Below are positions 31,893 to 41,934 of a stretch of 64,000 nucleotides of DNA, piece after piece. The notes under the pieces are model-generated. The model was not told where the DNA came from. It ran no database searches and saw only the letters and a list, made by a program, of their open reading frames with translations. The DNA lies in assembly GCA_963695545.1 (NCBI GenBank), contig OY968796.1:928001-992000 (forward strand), read 5' to 3'. Made by a program: the position numbers and the translations under genes. Each line of letters opens with the position of its first letter. The first letter of the stretch is position 1. This DNA comes from Terriglobia bacterium. Lineage in GTDB: Bacteria; Acidobacteriota; Terriglobia; Acidiferrales; UBA7541.

Positions 31893-33379
31893 GCGCGCAG
31901 TACATTCTGGCGATCGATCAGGGCACGACTAACACCAAAGCTGTGTTGGTCGATGCCGCGGGACGTCCGGTTTTTCGGGCCTCGGCGCCGGTTCGCGTCA
32001 CGAGCCCTCGGCCCGATTGGGTGGAGCAAGACGCGCGGGAAGTGTGGGACAGCGTTCGGCGAGTGATCGAAGAATCCCTCGCGCATTGCTCTCCCGCGAA
32101 GCCTGCCGGAATTGGAATCTCCAATCAACGAGAGACAGTTTTGGCTTGGGACCGCGCCACTGGCAATCCATTGGCGCCCGCCATCGTGTGGCAATGCAGA
32201 CGATCCGCGGCGCTGTGCGAGCAGTTGGCCAAGGATGGATGGGGCTCGCTCTTGCGCGAACGCACGGGCCTCGGGCTCGATCCTTTATTCTCCGCCGGCA
32301 AGTTCGCTTGGCTTCTCGAAAATATTCCGGGCCTGCGGGCGCGCGCGGAGGCCGGCGAAATTTGCTTCGGTACCATGGACAGTTGGTTGATCTGGAATCT
32401 GACGGGAGGCGCGCGCCACGCCTGCGATTTCAGCAACGCCTCTCGCACACAGCTGCTGAATATTTCGACCGGAGCGTGGGACCCCGAGTTGCTTTCGCTG
32501 TTTGGCGTTCCGCCGGCCGCGCTGCCCCGCCTGGTGCCTTCGAGTTCATTGATCGGAGAAACCATCGCGATCGGCGCGTTACCCGCTGGGATTCCGATTG
32601 CCAGCGCCTTGGGAGATTCTCATGCGGCGTTGGCCGGCCACGCATCTTTCAAATCGGGCACCGTGAAATCAACGTACGGCACTGGCTCGTCGTTGATGAC
32701 GCTGGTGGACGCGGCGAATTATCGCACGGCCGATCTGGCCACGACGATCGCCTGGCGTGTGCAAGGCGCGACGCAATATGCCATCGAGGGAAATATTTCG
32801 ATGAGCGGCGCCGCGGTGCAATGGCTGGGCGAGTTCCTCCGCATGCCCAACCCTATCGAAGATGCGGCGCGACTTGCGGAGAGCGTGGAAAGCAGCGACG
32901 GCGTCTATTTTGTTCCGGCGATGATTGGCCTTGGCGCGCCGCATTGGGACAGCGCCGTGCGCGGCGCAGTCTTCGGGCTTGGCCGCACAAGCACCGTGGC
33001 GCATTTGGCTAAAGCCGCCGTGGAGGCCGTCGCCTTTCAGGTGCGCGACGTTTTCGATGCGATGGAGCGGGCAGCGGGCTCGTCGCTTCCGATGCTGCAT
33101 GCCGATGGCGGCGCGACTCACAATGATCAGCTGATGCAATTTCAGGCCGATGTGCTGGGCCGGCCGGTGATGCGTTCCATTTGCCCGGAGCTTTCTGCGC
33201 TGGGCGCCGCTTGGTTTGCGGGAATCGCATTGGGCACTTGGGGCTCGCTCGAGGCGCTGGAGAAACTCAAATTCGACGCACAGGTTTTCGAGCCGCGCAT
33301 TTCTGAAATTGAAAGAGAGCAGCGCTACGGCGGCTGGAAGCTTTCGGTGGAACGCGCGCGCCATCGATCGTCGAATTGA
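31889..33379 (+). CDS. FGGY carbohydrate kinase (glycerol-kinase-like; candidate apulose kinase)
   Basis: AIDQGTT, ISNQRET, WQCRR, D.SNASRT, TYGTG, GLGAPHW, DGG. Confidence 0.85.
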   Translation: MSAQYILAIDQGTTNTKAVLVDAAGRPVFRASAPVRVTSPRPDWVEQDAREVWDSVRRVIEESLAHCSPAKPAGIGISNQRETVLAWDRATGNPLAPAIVWQCRRSAALCEQLAKDGWGSLLRERTGLGLDPLFSAGKFAWLLENIPGLRARAEAGEICFGTMDSWLIWNLTGGARHACDFSNASRTQLLNISTGAWDPELLSLFGVPPAALPRLVPSSSLIGETIAIGALPAGIPIASALGDSHAALAGHASFKSGTVKSTYGTGSSLMTLVDAANYRTADLATTIAWRVQGATQYAIEGNISMSGAAVQWLGEFLRMPNPIEDAARLAESVESSDGVYFVPAMIGLGAPHWDSAVRGAVFGLGRTSTVAHLAKAAVEAVAFQVRDVFDAMERAAGSSLPMLHADGGATHNDQLMQFQADVLGRPVMRSICPELSALGAAWFAGIALGTWGSLEALEKLKFDAQVFEPRISEIEREQRYGGWKLSVERARHRSSN

Positions 33380-33419
33380 ACGGAAACTGATAGAGCGTTT
33401 GGCGCGGCAGAGAAACAAC

Positions 33420-35000
33420 ATGCTCGGCACTGAAAACCAAAACGATCGCGCGGCCGCGGCTTCCGCAGACGCCGTGCTCGAAGCTCGAGATGTCGTTCAG
33501 CAGTATGGCGGGATCACCGCGCTCAAAGGCGTCACCTACCGTGTGCTGCGTGGTCAGGTAAATGTGCTGATCGGAGAAAACGGCGCGGGGAAATCGACGC
33601 TCATGCGCATTCTGGCGGGAGTCGAAAGACCAATCAACGGAACCGTTCTGCTGGATGGGCGCCCCGTCACTTTCCGGCGCAGCACGGACGCCGCACGACA
33701 AGGAATCGCCATGGTGCACCAGGAATTGAACGTGCTTCCCAATCTCGACATCGCGGAAAACATCTTTGCCGGCCGGGAGCTTTGCTCTGCGTACGGATTC
33801 ATCAAGGCCGCGAAGCAGCGCCAAGCGAGTGCGGCCGCATTGAAAACGCTTGGCCATCCGATGAGTACGCGCACGCTTGTGGGGCAGCTTTCGTTGGGCC
33901 GCCAGCAGATTACCGAACTCGCGCGATCGCTGGCGCACGAAGCGCGCGTGCTGATTCTGGACGAGCCGACGTCCGCGCTTAGCCGGACCGAAGCGGAGAC
34001 GCTGTTCGCGGTCATCGAGGACCTCAAGAGAAACGGCGTCTCCATCGTTTACATCTCTCACCGGCTAAATGAAATGTTGCGCTTGGGCGATTTTTTCACT
34101 GTTCTGCGCGATGGCCGCGTCGTGGGCAACGCGCCGCGCGCGGAGGTGGATCGGCGCTGGATCGTCGAATGTGTAACGGGGCGTGCCGCGCATAATATCG
34201 CGGCGTCGGGAACGGTTGCGGCCGGACGCGAGAGCTTGCGCGCCGAGTCCCTCAACGTCGTGGGCAGCACCCGAGACAGTGCCACGCGCCCCTTGCTTGA
34301 GGACATTTCATTCTCGGTGTCTGCCGGAGAAATTCTGGGCATTTACGGCTTGCTCGGGGCGGGCCGCACGGAACTTCTTGAAGCGCTTGCAGGCGTAAGG
34401 CCCGTCACGCGAGGAAGCATATGGGTTGGCGGCGATAAGCTGGCGCCCGGATCGGTCACGCGAGCCGTCGCTCGTGGCATCGTCTTGATGCCTGAGGATC
34501 GCCAGTCCGACGGCCTGATTCCATCGTCGTCGATCCGGGAGAATATCAGCCTGGCGGACTTCAATGGGCTAACGGTGGGCCCATTTCTTTCTCGGAAAAA
34601 AGAGTCGGCTAAAGTACGCCTGATCGCCGAGCAAGTGAAACTGAAGGTGGGCGATTGTGAACTTCCCGTAACCTCGCTGAGCGGTGGGAATCAGCAAAAG
34701 GTTATGCTCGCACGGTGTCTGATGCGCTCGCCTTCGATTCTGCTTCTGGATGAACCGACGCGCGGCGTGGACGTGGGCGCCAAAGAGGAAATCCATCGTA
34801 TCCTGCGCGAGCTGAAATCGACCGGCGTTTCGATCATTTTCACCTCCTCGGAAATCGAAGAAACCCGTTCGCTGGCCGACCGCATTCTCGTCCTCTCAGG
34901 CGGCCGGATATCGGCAGAGCTCTCGTTGGGCGATGCCTCTGAGGAAATATTGTTCGCCGCAGCATGCGCTCATCTCGAAGCGCAGGGCGCTGTTCAATGA
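33420..35000 (+). CDS. Monosaccharide ABC transporter ATPase (RbsA-like, two domains)
   Basis: GENGAGKS, LDEPTSAL, YISH, LSGGNQQKV, DEPTRGVDVG. Confidence 0.9.
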   Translation: MLGTENQNDRAAAASADAVLEARDVVQQYGGITALKGVTYRVLRGQVNVLIGENGAGKSTLMRILAGVERPINGTVLLDGRPVTFRRSTDAARQGIAMVHQELNVLPNLDIAENIFAGRELCSAYGFIKAAKQRQASAAALKTLGHPMSTRTLVGQLSLGRQQITELARSLAHEARVLILDEPTSALSRTEAETLFAVIEDLKRNGVSIVYISHRLNEMLRLGDFFTVLRDGRVVGNAPRAEVDRRWIVECVTGRAAHNIAASGTVAAGRESLRAESLNVVGSTRDSATRPLLEDISFSVSAGEILGIYGLLGAGRTELLEALAGVRPVTRGSIWVGGDKLAPGSVTRAVARGIVLMPEDRQSDGLIPSSSIRENISLADFNGLTVGPFLSRKKESAKVRLIAEQVKLKVGDCELPVTSLSGGNQQKVMLARCLMRSPSILLLDEPTRGVDVGAKEEIHRILRELKSTGVSIIFTSSEIEETRSLADRILVLSGGRISAELSLGDASEEILFAAACAHLEAQGAVQ

Positions 35001-36073
35001 TCACCGGACGCGATCCGGCGGTTGCGGAAAAACTGCAGAGCCATCGTGCGGGCGCCGGCCTCGCAGCCAGAACCTTGGCCGTGATCCTTGAATTGCGCGC
35101 GGTCGTGGCGCTGGTCTTGCTTCTCTTGCTGTTTTCGATCAGCACCTCCACTTTCCTGACAGCAAACAATCTGACGATTCTCGCCAAGCACGTGGCCATC
35201 ACCGCGATCCTGGCCATCGGCATGACCTTCGTCGTGATCACCGGCGGGATTGATTTGTCCGTAGGATCCGTCGCCGGGCTTGCCGGTATGGTCGCGGGCG
35301 CTTTGCTCACTCGCGGCCTGCTATTTTCCGGAACGCACGGGGCGGTGTATCCCGGAGTCGCCACAGTAATCGTTCTTTCTTTGCTTGTCGGAGCGCTCGT
35401 CGGTCTGCTGAACGGACTCCTGGTCGTTCGATTTGGCGTCGCTCCGTTCATCGCCACGCTCGGCACGCTGTACATCGCCCGCGGCGCCGCACTGCTGATC
35501 TCAAACGGCGCAACGTTTCCAAATCTCGGTGGAGATCCGGCCAGGCACAACACCGGATTCCTGGTGCTCGGCCAGGCGGCGTTCCTGAATATCCCGCTGC
35601 CGGTGTGGATCATGATTGCTCTCGCGATCGTGGCCAGCGTTGTGGCGGACAAAACTCCGTTCGGCCGGCACGTCTACGCCGTTGGAGGGAATGAGCGCGC
35701 CGCGCTGCTGTCGGGGATTCGCGTGGGCCGCGTCAAGATCGTGTCGTATGTAATTTCCACCGTCTGCGCCGCCATGGTCGGATTGATCATCGCGTCGCAA
35801 TTGGAGGCGGCGCATCCGGCGACGGGAGAATCCTTTGAGTTGAACGCTATCGCGGCGGTCGTGCTGGGCGGAACGTCGCTGATGGGAGGTCGCGGCTCGG
35901 TATTCGGATCTCTGGCCGGTGCGTTCGTGATCGGCGTGTTGGCCGATGGCATGGTGATGCTCGGAATTTCGGAATTCTGGCAGATGGTCATCAAGGGAGT
36001 CGTCATCGTTCTTGCCGTGGCAGTGGATCAATTGCAAACGAAATTGCAATTGCGTCTGGCGAGGAGCCACTGA
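34997..36073 (+). CDS. Monosaccharide ABC permease (RbsC-like)
   Basis: GGIDLSVG, PFIATLG, GR..YAVGGNERAA.LSG, IAAVVLGGTSL.GG.G. Confidence 0.9.
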   Translation: MITGRDPAVAEKLQSHRAGAGLAARTLAVILELRAVVALVLLLLLFSISTSTFLTANNLTILAKHVAITAILAIGMTFVVITGGIDLSVGSVAGLAGMVAGALLTRGLLFSGTHGAVYPGVATVIVLSLLVGALVGLLNGLLVVRFGVAPFIATLGTLYIARGAALLISNGATFPNLGGDPARHNTGFLVLGQAAFLNIPLPVWIMIALAIVASVVADKTPFGRHVYAVGGNERAALLSGIRVGRVKIVSYVISTVCAAMVGLIIASQLEAAHPATGESFELNAIAAVVLGGTSLMGGRGSVFGSLAGAFVIGVLADGMVMLGISEFWQMVIKGVVIVLAVAVDQLQTKLQLRLARSH

Positions 36074-36079
36074 TCCGCA

Positions 36080-37030
36080 ATGAATCTTCGCGGCACACGT
36101 CTCATCGCGTTATGCGTCCTTTCACTGCCGCTTGCAGGATGCCGCGCGAATCGTGCGGGCCAGAAAAAACTTATCGAGATCATCGTTCCCTCGCAGGACA
36201 ATCCATTCTTTCGCGCCGAGGCCGATGCCGCGTCGAAGCGAGCGACGGAGCTCGGCTATGCCGTTCGCGTGGATTCTCATGACGACGACGCCTACGAGCA
36301 GGACAACTTGATCGACGTAGCGATTGCCAGCAACGCCGCGGCGATTATTCTGGATAACGCGGGCGCGGACGCCTCCGTCTCCGCGGTTCGCCGAGCGACG
36401 CGCGCGGGCATTGCCTGCTTTCTGATCGATCGAGAAATCAACGCGACGGGCATCGCCAAGGCCCAAGTCATCGCGGACAACGATCAAGGAGCCCGTCTAG
36501 TCGCAGCGGAATTTGCGCGCTCTTTGAATGCCCAAGGTGACTACGCCGAGCTGTTAGGCAAGGAATCTGACACGAATGCCCAAGTGCGCACCAACGGCTT
36601 CCATGCAATTCTCGACCAAGACAAGGGACTGAAGTTGGTTTCGGCGCAAAGTGCGAATTGGAGTCAGTCCGAAGCGTTCCAGAAGACCGAAACGATCCTG
36701 GAAGCGCACGCCACAATTCGTGGAATCATCGCAGGCAATGACACGATGGCGCTCGGCGCCGTTGCCGCCGTCAAGAGCGCCGGCCTGCACAACATCACCA
36801 TCGTCGGATTTGACGGCAGCCCCGATGCGCTGGCTGCGATCAAGGCTGGCGATCTTGAGGCCACAGTACTCCAACCGGCGGTAGCCATTGCCCGTCTGGC
36901 TGTGGAGGAAGCGGACCAGTTCTTGAAGACCGGGACGACCGGGCGACCTGAGAAGCAAATCATTCCGTGCGAGTTGGTCACGCGACAAAACGTGGACGAT
37001 TTCGGAGTGTTTGAAAAGAAAAGCAAATGA
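36080..37030 (+). CDS. Lipoprotein sugar-binding protein (RbsB fold), resembling D-apiose/erythritol-binding proteins
   Basis: Lipobox LAGC; PS.DNPFF.AEA, HDDDA, ILDNAG.DA, FLIDREI motifs recalled from apiose/erythritol SBPs. Confidence 0.8.
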   Translation: MNLRGTRLIALCVLSLPLAGCRANRAGQKKLIEIIVPSQDNPFFRAEADAASKRATELGYAVRVDSHDDDAYEQDNLIDVAIASNAAAIILDNAGADASVSAVRRATRAGIACFLIDREINATGIAKAQVIADNDQGARLVAAEFARSLNAQGDYAELLGKESDTNAQVRTNGFHAILDQDKGLKLVSAQSANWSQSEAFQKTETILEAHATIRGIIAGNDTMALGAVAAVKSAGLHNITIVGFDGSPDALAAIKAGDLEATVLQPAVAIARLAVEEADQFLKTGTTGRPEKQIIPCELVTRQNVDDFGVFEKKSK

Positions 37031-37048
37031 ACGATTGAGGTGGTTGCC

Positions 37049-38458
37049 ATGTCCAGGACGACGTTGGCCGTAATTCTTGGGAATCGAGATTTTTTCCCCG
37101 ACCTATTGGTCTCCGAAGCTCGGGCAGACCTTCTGAAGCTGTTCGGTGAGCTTGAGATTGACGCTGTGATGCTGTCCACCGAGGACACCAAACTGGGCGC
37201 CGTTGAAACCTGGCAACACGCGGTGAAATGTGGCGAACTGTTTCGGCAAAACCGAAGCCGGATCGAAGGCATTCTGGTTTGCCTGCCTAATTTCGGAGAC
37301 GAAAAGGGCGTCGCGGACTCGATCCGCCTTTCCGAGCTGAATGTGCCGATCCTGGTGCAGGCGTGCCCGGACGACATCGATCAATTTGGTTTGGAACGCC
37401 GCCGCGACGCTTTCTGCGGCAAGATTTCCGTCTGCAACAATCTTCGCCAGTACGGCTTCCCTTTTTCGCTTACGCAAGAGCATACGGTCCCTATTCTTTC
37501 CGAGGGCTTTCGCAAGGACCTGACGGAGTTCGTCAAAGTATGCAAAGTGGTTCGTGGACTGCGCCGGGCGCGCATCGGCGCGGTGGGCGCTCGGCCGAAT
37601 GCCTTCAACACCACGCGTTATAGTGAAAAATTGCTGGAAGCCGCAGGAATCAGCGTCAACACCATCGATCTCTCCGAAGTGTTTGGAAGCGCCGCGCAAC
37701 TTGCCGACGGCGATCCTCGCGTTCGGCAACGCATCGACCAAATCAAAAGCTACGCGGATGCGAGCAAAGCGCCCGAAGATTCGCTGCTGAAAATGGCAAA
37801 GTTCGCAATCGTTCTGGATGCGTGGATGGAGAATCTAGGACTTCAGGCCACGGCCATCCAGTGCTGGAGTTCGATGCAAAAGAATTACGGCGTGAACGTC
37901 TGCACGATCATGAGCATGATGAGCGAGCAGATGATGCCCAGTGCGTGCGAAGTGGACATTGCCGGCGTGATTTCCATGTACGCGCTGCAGTTGTCCTCGG
38001 GAAAACCGAGCGCGCTCGTCGACTGGAACAATAATTACGGCAAGGATCCCGACAAATGCGTTTTCTTCCATTGCGGCAACTGGGCGAAAGATTTTCTGCC
38101 GGATATCCGCATCGGCACAGCGCCGATTCTGGGCACGGTGCTGGGCGAAGCCAATACCGTGGGCGCACTTGCCGGCCGCACTCCCGCCGGACCTGTGACG
38201 TTTGCCCGAGTCAGCACCGACGACCTGACGGGCACCATGCGCGCGTATGCCGGGGAAGGTTGGTTCACCGACGATCCGCTGGACACGTTCGGAACAAAGG
38301 CCGTCGTCAGAGTTCCGGCCCTGCAGCAACTCATGCGCCACATCTGCAAAAGCGGCTTCGGGCACCATGCCGCGATGACCGGCGCACATTGCGCCTCCGC
38401 GATGTGTGAAGCGCTGGAAAATTATCTCGGGTGGCAGGTCTACCAGCACACATCGTGA
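37049..38458 (+). CDS. L-fucose/L-arabinose isomerase-family protein
   Basis: [30 protein letters not shown]-terminal HH (FGHHAA). Confidence 0.8.
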   Translation: MSRTTLAVILGNRDFFPDLLVSEARADLLKLFGELEIDAVMLSTEDTKLGAVETWQHAVKCGELFRQNRSRIEGILVCLPNFGDEKGVADSIRLSELNVPILVQACPDDIDQFGLERRRDAFCGKISVCNNLRQYGFPFSLTQEHTVPILSEGFRKDLTEFVKVCKVVRGLRRARIGAVGARPNAFNTTRYSEKLLEAAGISVNTIDLSEVFGSAAQLADGDPRVRQRIDQIKSYADASKAPEDSLLKMAKFAIVLDAWMENLGLQATAIQCWSSMQKNYGVNVCTIMSMMSEQMMPSACEVDIAGVISMYALQLSSGKPSALVDWNNNYGKDPDKCVFFHCGNWAKDFLPDIRIGTAPILGTVLGEANTVGALAGRTPAGPVTFARVSTDDLTGTMRAYAGEGWFTDDPLDTFGTKAVVRVPALQQLMRHICKSGFGHHAAMTGAHCASAMCEALENYLGWQVYQHTS

Positions 38459-40641
38459 GCAATCGTCAGGGAAACAGCGAGCGGATTTTCGCCTTCCGGG
38501 ACGCGGCACGCGTCCACACCTCGATCCTCTTGATCGTGAGTTTTGCCGTCGGCGTCTTCTGGTGTTGCGCCGGCGCGCGCGCTGCAGCCGTGCCCGCGCC
38601 GCGAGCCGCAGTCGGACGCGCTAGAGCAAGCTCGTCGGCAGGCATGATGCCTTATCCACCGGGCGTGCCTCCGATCCTCTTGGGAGTTTCGTGGTACCCC
38701 GAGCAGTGGCCTGAATCACGATGGGAGGAAGATCTGCGTTTGATGGAAGCCGCGCATATTCATTTAGTGCGCGTCGGTGAGTTTGCCTGGAGCACAATCG
38801 AGCCGGAGGAGGGCAGGTACGATCTCGATTGGCTCGATCGCGCCATCGCGCTGGCCGCGAAGCACCACATCGCAATCGTGATCGGCACTCCGACCGATGC
38901 TCCGCCGGCTTGGATGACCAAGAAATATCCCGACATTCTCCGGGTCGATATCGATGGGCGCCCCGACCAACACGGCATGCGCCGCCAATTTTCATACACC
39001 AGCCCGCGATACAGAGCGTTCTGCCGAATCGTCGCGGAGAAATTGGCGCTCCGCTTCGGCCACAATCCGAGCGTCGTCGGCTGGCAAATCGGAAACGAGT
39101 TTTCTTTCGACTCTTACGATCTTTATACCAAGCAGCAGTTTCAGCAGTGGCTTGCCGCAAAATACAAAACTCTCGATGCGCTCAACAAACACTGGACCAC
39201 GGCGTATTGGAGCCAAACCTATGACGCGTGGGATGAGATCCCGCTCGAGGACACCAGCGGCAATCCCGCATTGCTGCTGGATCACAAGCGTTTCGTGAGC
39301 GACGTTTGGCGCGATTTCGCACAGAACCAGATCGATGCCATTCGCCCGCACACCGATTCTCGGCAATTCATCACTACTAACATCGGAGGACTCGGCTGGT
39401 CGGATCGCTGGGATCATTATGTCGTAACCAAGAATCTCGATCTCGCCGCCTGGGATGATTACGTCGGTCAAGGACATCTCGATCCTTATAAAGACGGCGC
39501 GATGCACGATCTGATCCGCGGTCTCAAGCAAAAGAATTTCTGGGTCATGGAAACGCAGCCCGGCTTCGTGAACTGGGCGCCCATCAGCAATTCCCTGGAT
39601 AAGGGCGAAGTCCGCCTGATGGCCTGGGAAGCGATAGGCCACGGCGGCGATGCCGTCGCCTACTGGCAATGGCGCAGCGCGCTCAATGGACAAGAGCAAT
39701 ATCACGGCGTTCTGGTCGGCCCCGATGGCACGCCTGTTCCCGTCTACGAAGAAATCGCGCAGATTGGGCGCGAGTTTGAATCCACTGCGCCGGCTCTCGC
39801 CGGCACGTCGCCCGTTTCCGAAGTGGCCATTCTGCACTCATACGACAGCCGCTGGGCCATCGATTTTCAATTGCACAATCAGAATTACGATCAGCAGCAA
39901 GTCTTGCTGGATTACTACCGCCCTCTGCTCGACCTCACGCACTCGATCGACATCGTCAATCCGAATGTGCCGCTCGATGGATACAAGCTCGTCGTCGCGC
40001 CCGATCTCAATGTGATCCCGGACGATCTCGGCCGACACTTGCTTTCCTACGTCGAAAATGGCGGACACTTGGTGCTCGGTCCGCGCTCCGGGATGAAAGA
40101 CGCCTTTAACGCGCTCGATGTCCGCCGCCAGCCCGGCCCGTTGGCTGATTCTCTCGGCGGCCGCGTCGAGCAGTATTACGCGATCGAGAAGCCCGTTCCC
40201 GTTTCCGGCCAATGGGGTAGCGGCAGCGCCAGCATTTGGGCCGAAGCGCTCAACGCCCAGGCAGCCGACGCCGAGATCCCGATGCGCTATGGCGCCGGCA
40301 ACGGCTGGCTCGATCATCAGCCCGCCGCGATCACGCGAAAAGTTGGCAAAGGCACAATCACCTATATCGGCGCATTGCTTGATCCCGCTCTGATGGAGGC
40401 CGCGGCGAAGTGGATGGTGGAGTCCAGCGGAGTGCAACAGATCTTCGGCCCGATCCCCGCGGGAGTTGAAGTCTGCCGGCGCATCGGGAACGCGCGCACG
40501 ATTTTCATTCTGCTGAATCACAACCCAGCGCCTGCGGAAGTCGCTTTGCCGCGAAGCATGCGCGATTTGCTCCATTCGGATGCCAACGTAAGCGCAGTCA
40601 CGCTTCCCGAATACGGCGTCGCGGTGCTCGAAGAGCAGTGA
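38455..40641 (+). CDS. GH42 beta-galactosidase / alpha-L-arabinopyranosidase-like, probably exported
   Basis: YPEQWP, VGEFAW, TPT.APPAW, WQIGNE (acid/base), WVMETQPG (nucleophile), QWR...GQEQYHG; N-terminal hydrophobic segment. Confidence 0.9.
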   Translation: MSNRQGNSERIFAFRDAARVHTSILLIVSFAVGVFWCCAGARAAAVPAPRAAVGRARASSSAGMMPYPPGVPPILLGVSWYPEQWPESRWEEDLRLMEAAHIHLVRVGEFAWSTIEPEEGRYDLDWLDRAIALAAKHHIAIVIGTPTDAPPAWMTKKYPDILRVDIDGRPDQHGMRRQFSYTSPRYRAFCRIVAEKLALRFGHNPSVVGWQIGNEFSFDSYDLYTKQQFQQWLAAKYKTLDALNKHWTTAYWSQTYDAWDEIPLEDTSGNPALLLDHKRFVSDVWRDFAQNQIDAIRPHTDSRQFITTNIGGLGWSDRWDHYVVTKNLDLAAWDDYVGQGHLDPYKDGAMHDLIRGLKQKNFWVMETQPGFVNWAPISNSLDKGEVRLMAWEAIGHGGDAVAYWQWRSALNGQEQYHGVLVGPDGTPVPVYEEIAQIGREFESTAPALAGTSPVSEVAILHSYDSRWAIDFQLHNQNYDQQQVLLDYYRPLLDLTHSIDIVNPNVPLDGYKLVVAPDLNVIPDDLGRHLLSYVENGGHLVLGPRSGMKDAFNALDVRRQPGPLADSLGGRVEQYYAIEKPVPVSGQWGSGSASIWAEALNAQAADAEIPMRYGAGNGWLDHQPAAITRKVGKGTITYIGALLDPALMEAAAKWMVESSGVQQIFGPIPAGVEVCRRIGNARTIFILLNHNPAPAEVALPRSMRDLLHSDANVSAVTLPEYGVAVLEEQ

Positions 40642-40687
40642 TCGAGGAAATGATCGGAATGAAATCGAAATCGAGGGAACAGCCAAT

Positions 40688-41785
40688 ATGATCACGCGAC
40701 GCAATTTCGTCACCGGCTTCGGCATCGCCGCGATCGCCCACGCCGCGCAAAAGGCCTGGCCATCGCCCGCGCCACAAGCTCCGGACCGAACCATGCCCAC
40801 GCCGCCTTCTCTCGAAACCCCCTACAAATACGGCAAGCTCATCCTCTCCGCCGCCGCCGATCCCACGGCCTTTGACGCCAAGAGCGTCGATTGCCCCTTC
40901 GTCTTCCGCCACGGCGGAAAATTCTACATGGCCTACATCGGTTACGACGGAACTGGCTACCAAACTGGCCTCGCCTCGTCGGCGGATCTCGTCACTTGGG
41001 AACGCCAGGGATGCATCCTCCGCCGCGATCCCCAATCCGAAGTCACGCGTTACAACATCGCCATGAATTGGATCCTCCGTGAAAACGACGTGCGCTCCGC
41101 CGCCAATCTCAAGAAAATTCACGGCCGTTTCCTCGGCGCCTATCACGCCCATCCGAATGCCGGATATGAAAACGGCCCCGCGGTCATCGGTCTCTGCTGG
41201 AGCACGGACCTGTTCCACTGGCAACTCGATCCGCCCTTCCTGCGCTCCGAGGACGGCGCCGATTGGGAGAGAGGTGGGCTCTACAAGCCCTGCATCGTCG
41301 AGTACGGCGGCACTTTCTATTTGTTCTACAACGCCAAGACCGAGCCGTTGCCGCCCGAGCAAGGCGGCGGCTGGCACGAGCAAACCGGAATCGCAACCTC
41401 GAACGACCTCAAGACCTGGACGCGCTACGCCGGCAATCCGATTCTGCGCAATGGCCCCAAAGGCTCCTGGGACGATCGATTCGCGAGCGATCCGTGCGTC
41501 GTGCGCTACGCCGATGGCTGGGCGATTTTTTATTACGGTTTGAGCTCAACCAAAGGCAAGGCGCGAGACCTGTTGGCCGTCGCCCGCGATCCCTTCCATC
41601 CCGTCAAAACCGATAGCATTCTGGTCGACGCCGGTCTCCCTGGATCCGTTGACGACGATTTCGCTCACAAACCGTCCGTCGTCACCTACCAGGGTGATCT
41701 CTACCACTTTTACTGCGCGGTCTCCGGAAAGTATCCGAACGATGTCCGCGGAATCTCCGTCGCTCGTTCAAAGCCTTGGAGCTAA
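40688..41785 (+). CDS. Tat-exported five-bladed beta-propeller glycosidase, GH137-like
   Basis: TRRNF Tat motif; TPYKYG, DCPFVFR, YM.YIGYDG.GYQT.LA.S.DL..W, FYNA, RY.GNPI resemble (from memory) GH137 beta-L-arabinofuranosidase. Confidence 0.6.
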   Translation: MITRRNFVTGFGIAAIAHAAQKAWPSPAPQAPDRTMPTPPSLETPYKYGKLILSAAADPTAFDAKSVDCPFVFRHGGKFYMAYIGYDGTGYQTGLASSADLVTWERQGCILRRDPQSEVTRYNIAMNWILRENDVRSAANLKKIHGRFLGAYHAHPNAGYENGPAVIGLCWSTDLFHWQLDPPFLRSEDGADWERGGLYKPCIVEYGGTFYLFYNAKTEPLPPEQGGGWHEQTGIATSNDLKTWTRYAGNPILRNGPKGSWDDRFASDPCVVRYADGWAIFYYGLSSTKGKARDLLAVARDPFHPVKTDSILVDAGLPGSVDDDFAHKPSVVTYQGDLYHFYCAVSGKYPNDVRGISVARSKPWS

Positions 41786-41842
41786 CGCCGCTCAGCTCTC
41801 AGCTCGGAATCTCGAAGCCCTAGCCGCCTCCACACACAAGCC

Positions 41843-41892
41843 AAAAAAACTAAAGAGCCCGGACCGCCGCTGCGCGGCGGCGACCCAGGCTC
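41843..41892 (-). terminator. Rho-independent terminator downstream of the TonB receptor
   Basis: Minus strand GAGCCTGG-gtc-GCCGCCGC-gca-GCGGCGGT-CCGGGCTC followed by TTTAGTTTTTTT. Confidence 0.75.
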
Positions 41893-41910
41893 CGGGGTGA
41901 AAAATCGTTG

Positions 41911-41932
41911 CGCTTCGTACGCGTACGAAGCG
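41911..41932. repeat. Perfect 22-bp palindrome CGCTTCGTACGCGTACGAAGCG
   Basis: Identical to its reverse complement; 2 nt from the TonB receptor stop codon. Confidence 0.9.
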
Positions 41933-41934
41933 GG

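Noticed and set aside
31889..33379. Calling the kinase glpK
   Set aside because: No glpD/glpF nearby; coupling to a split transketolase and isomerase favours another substrate.
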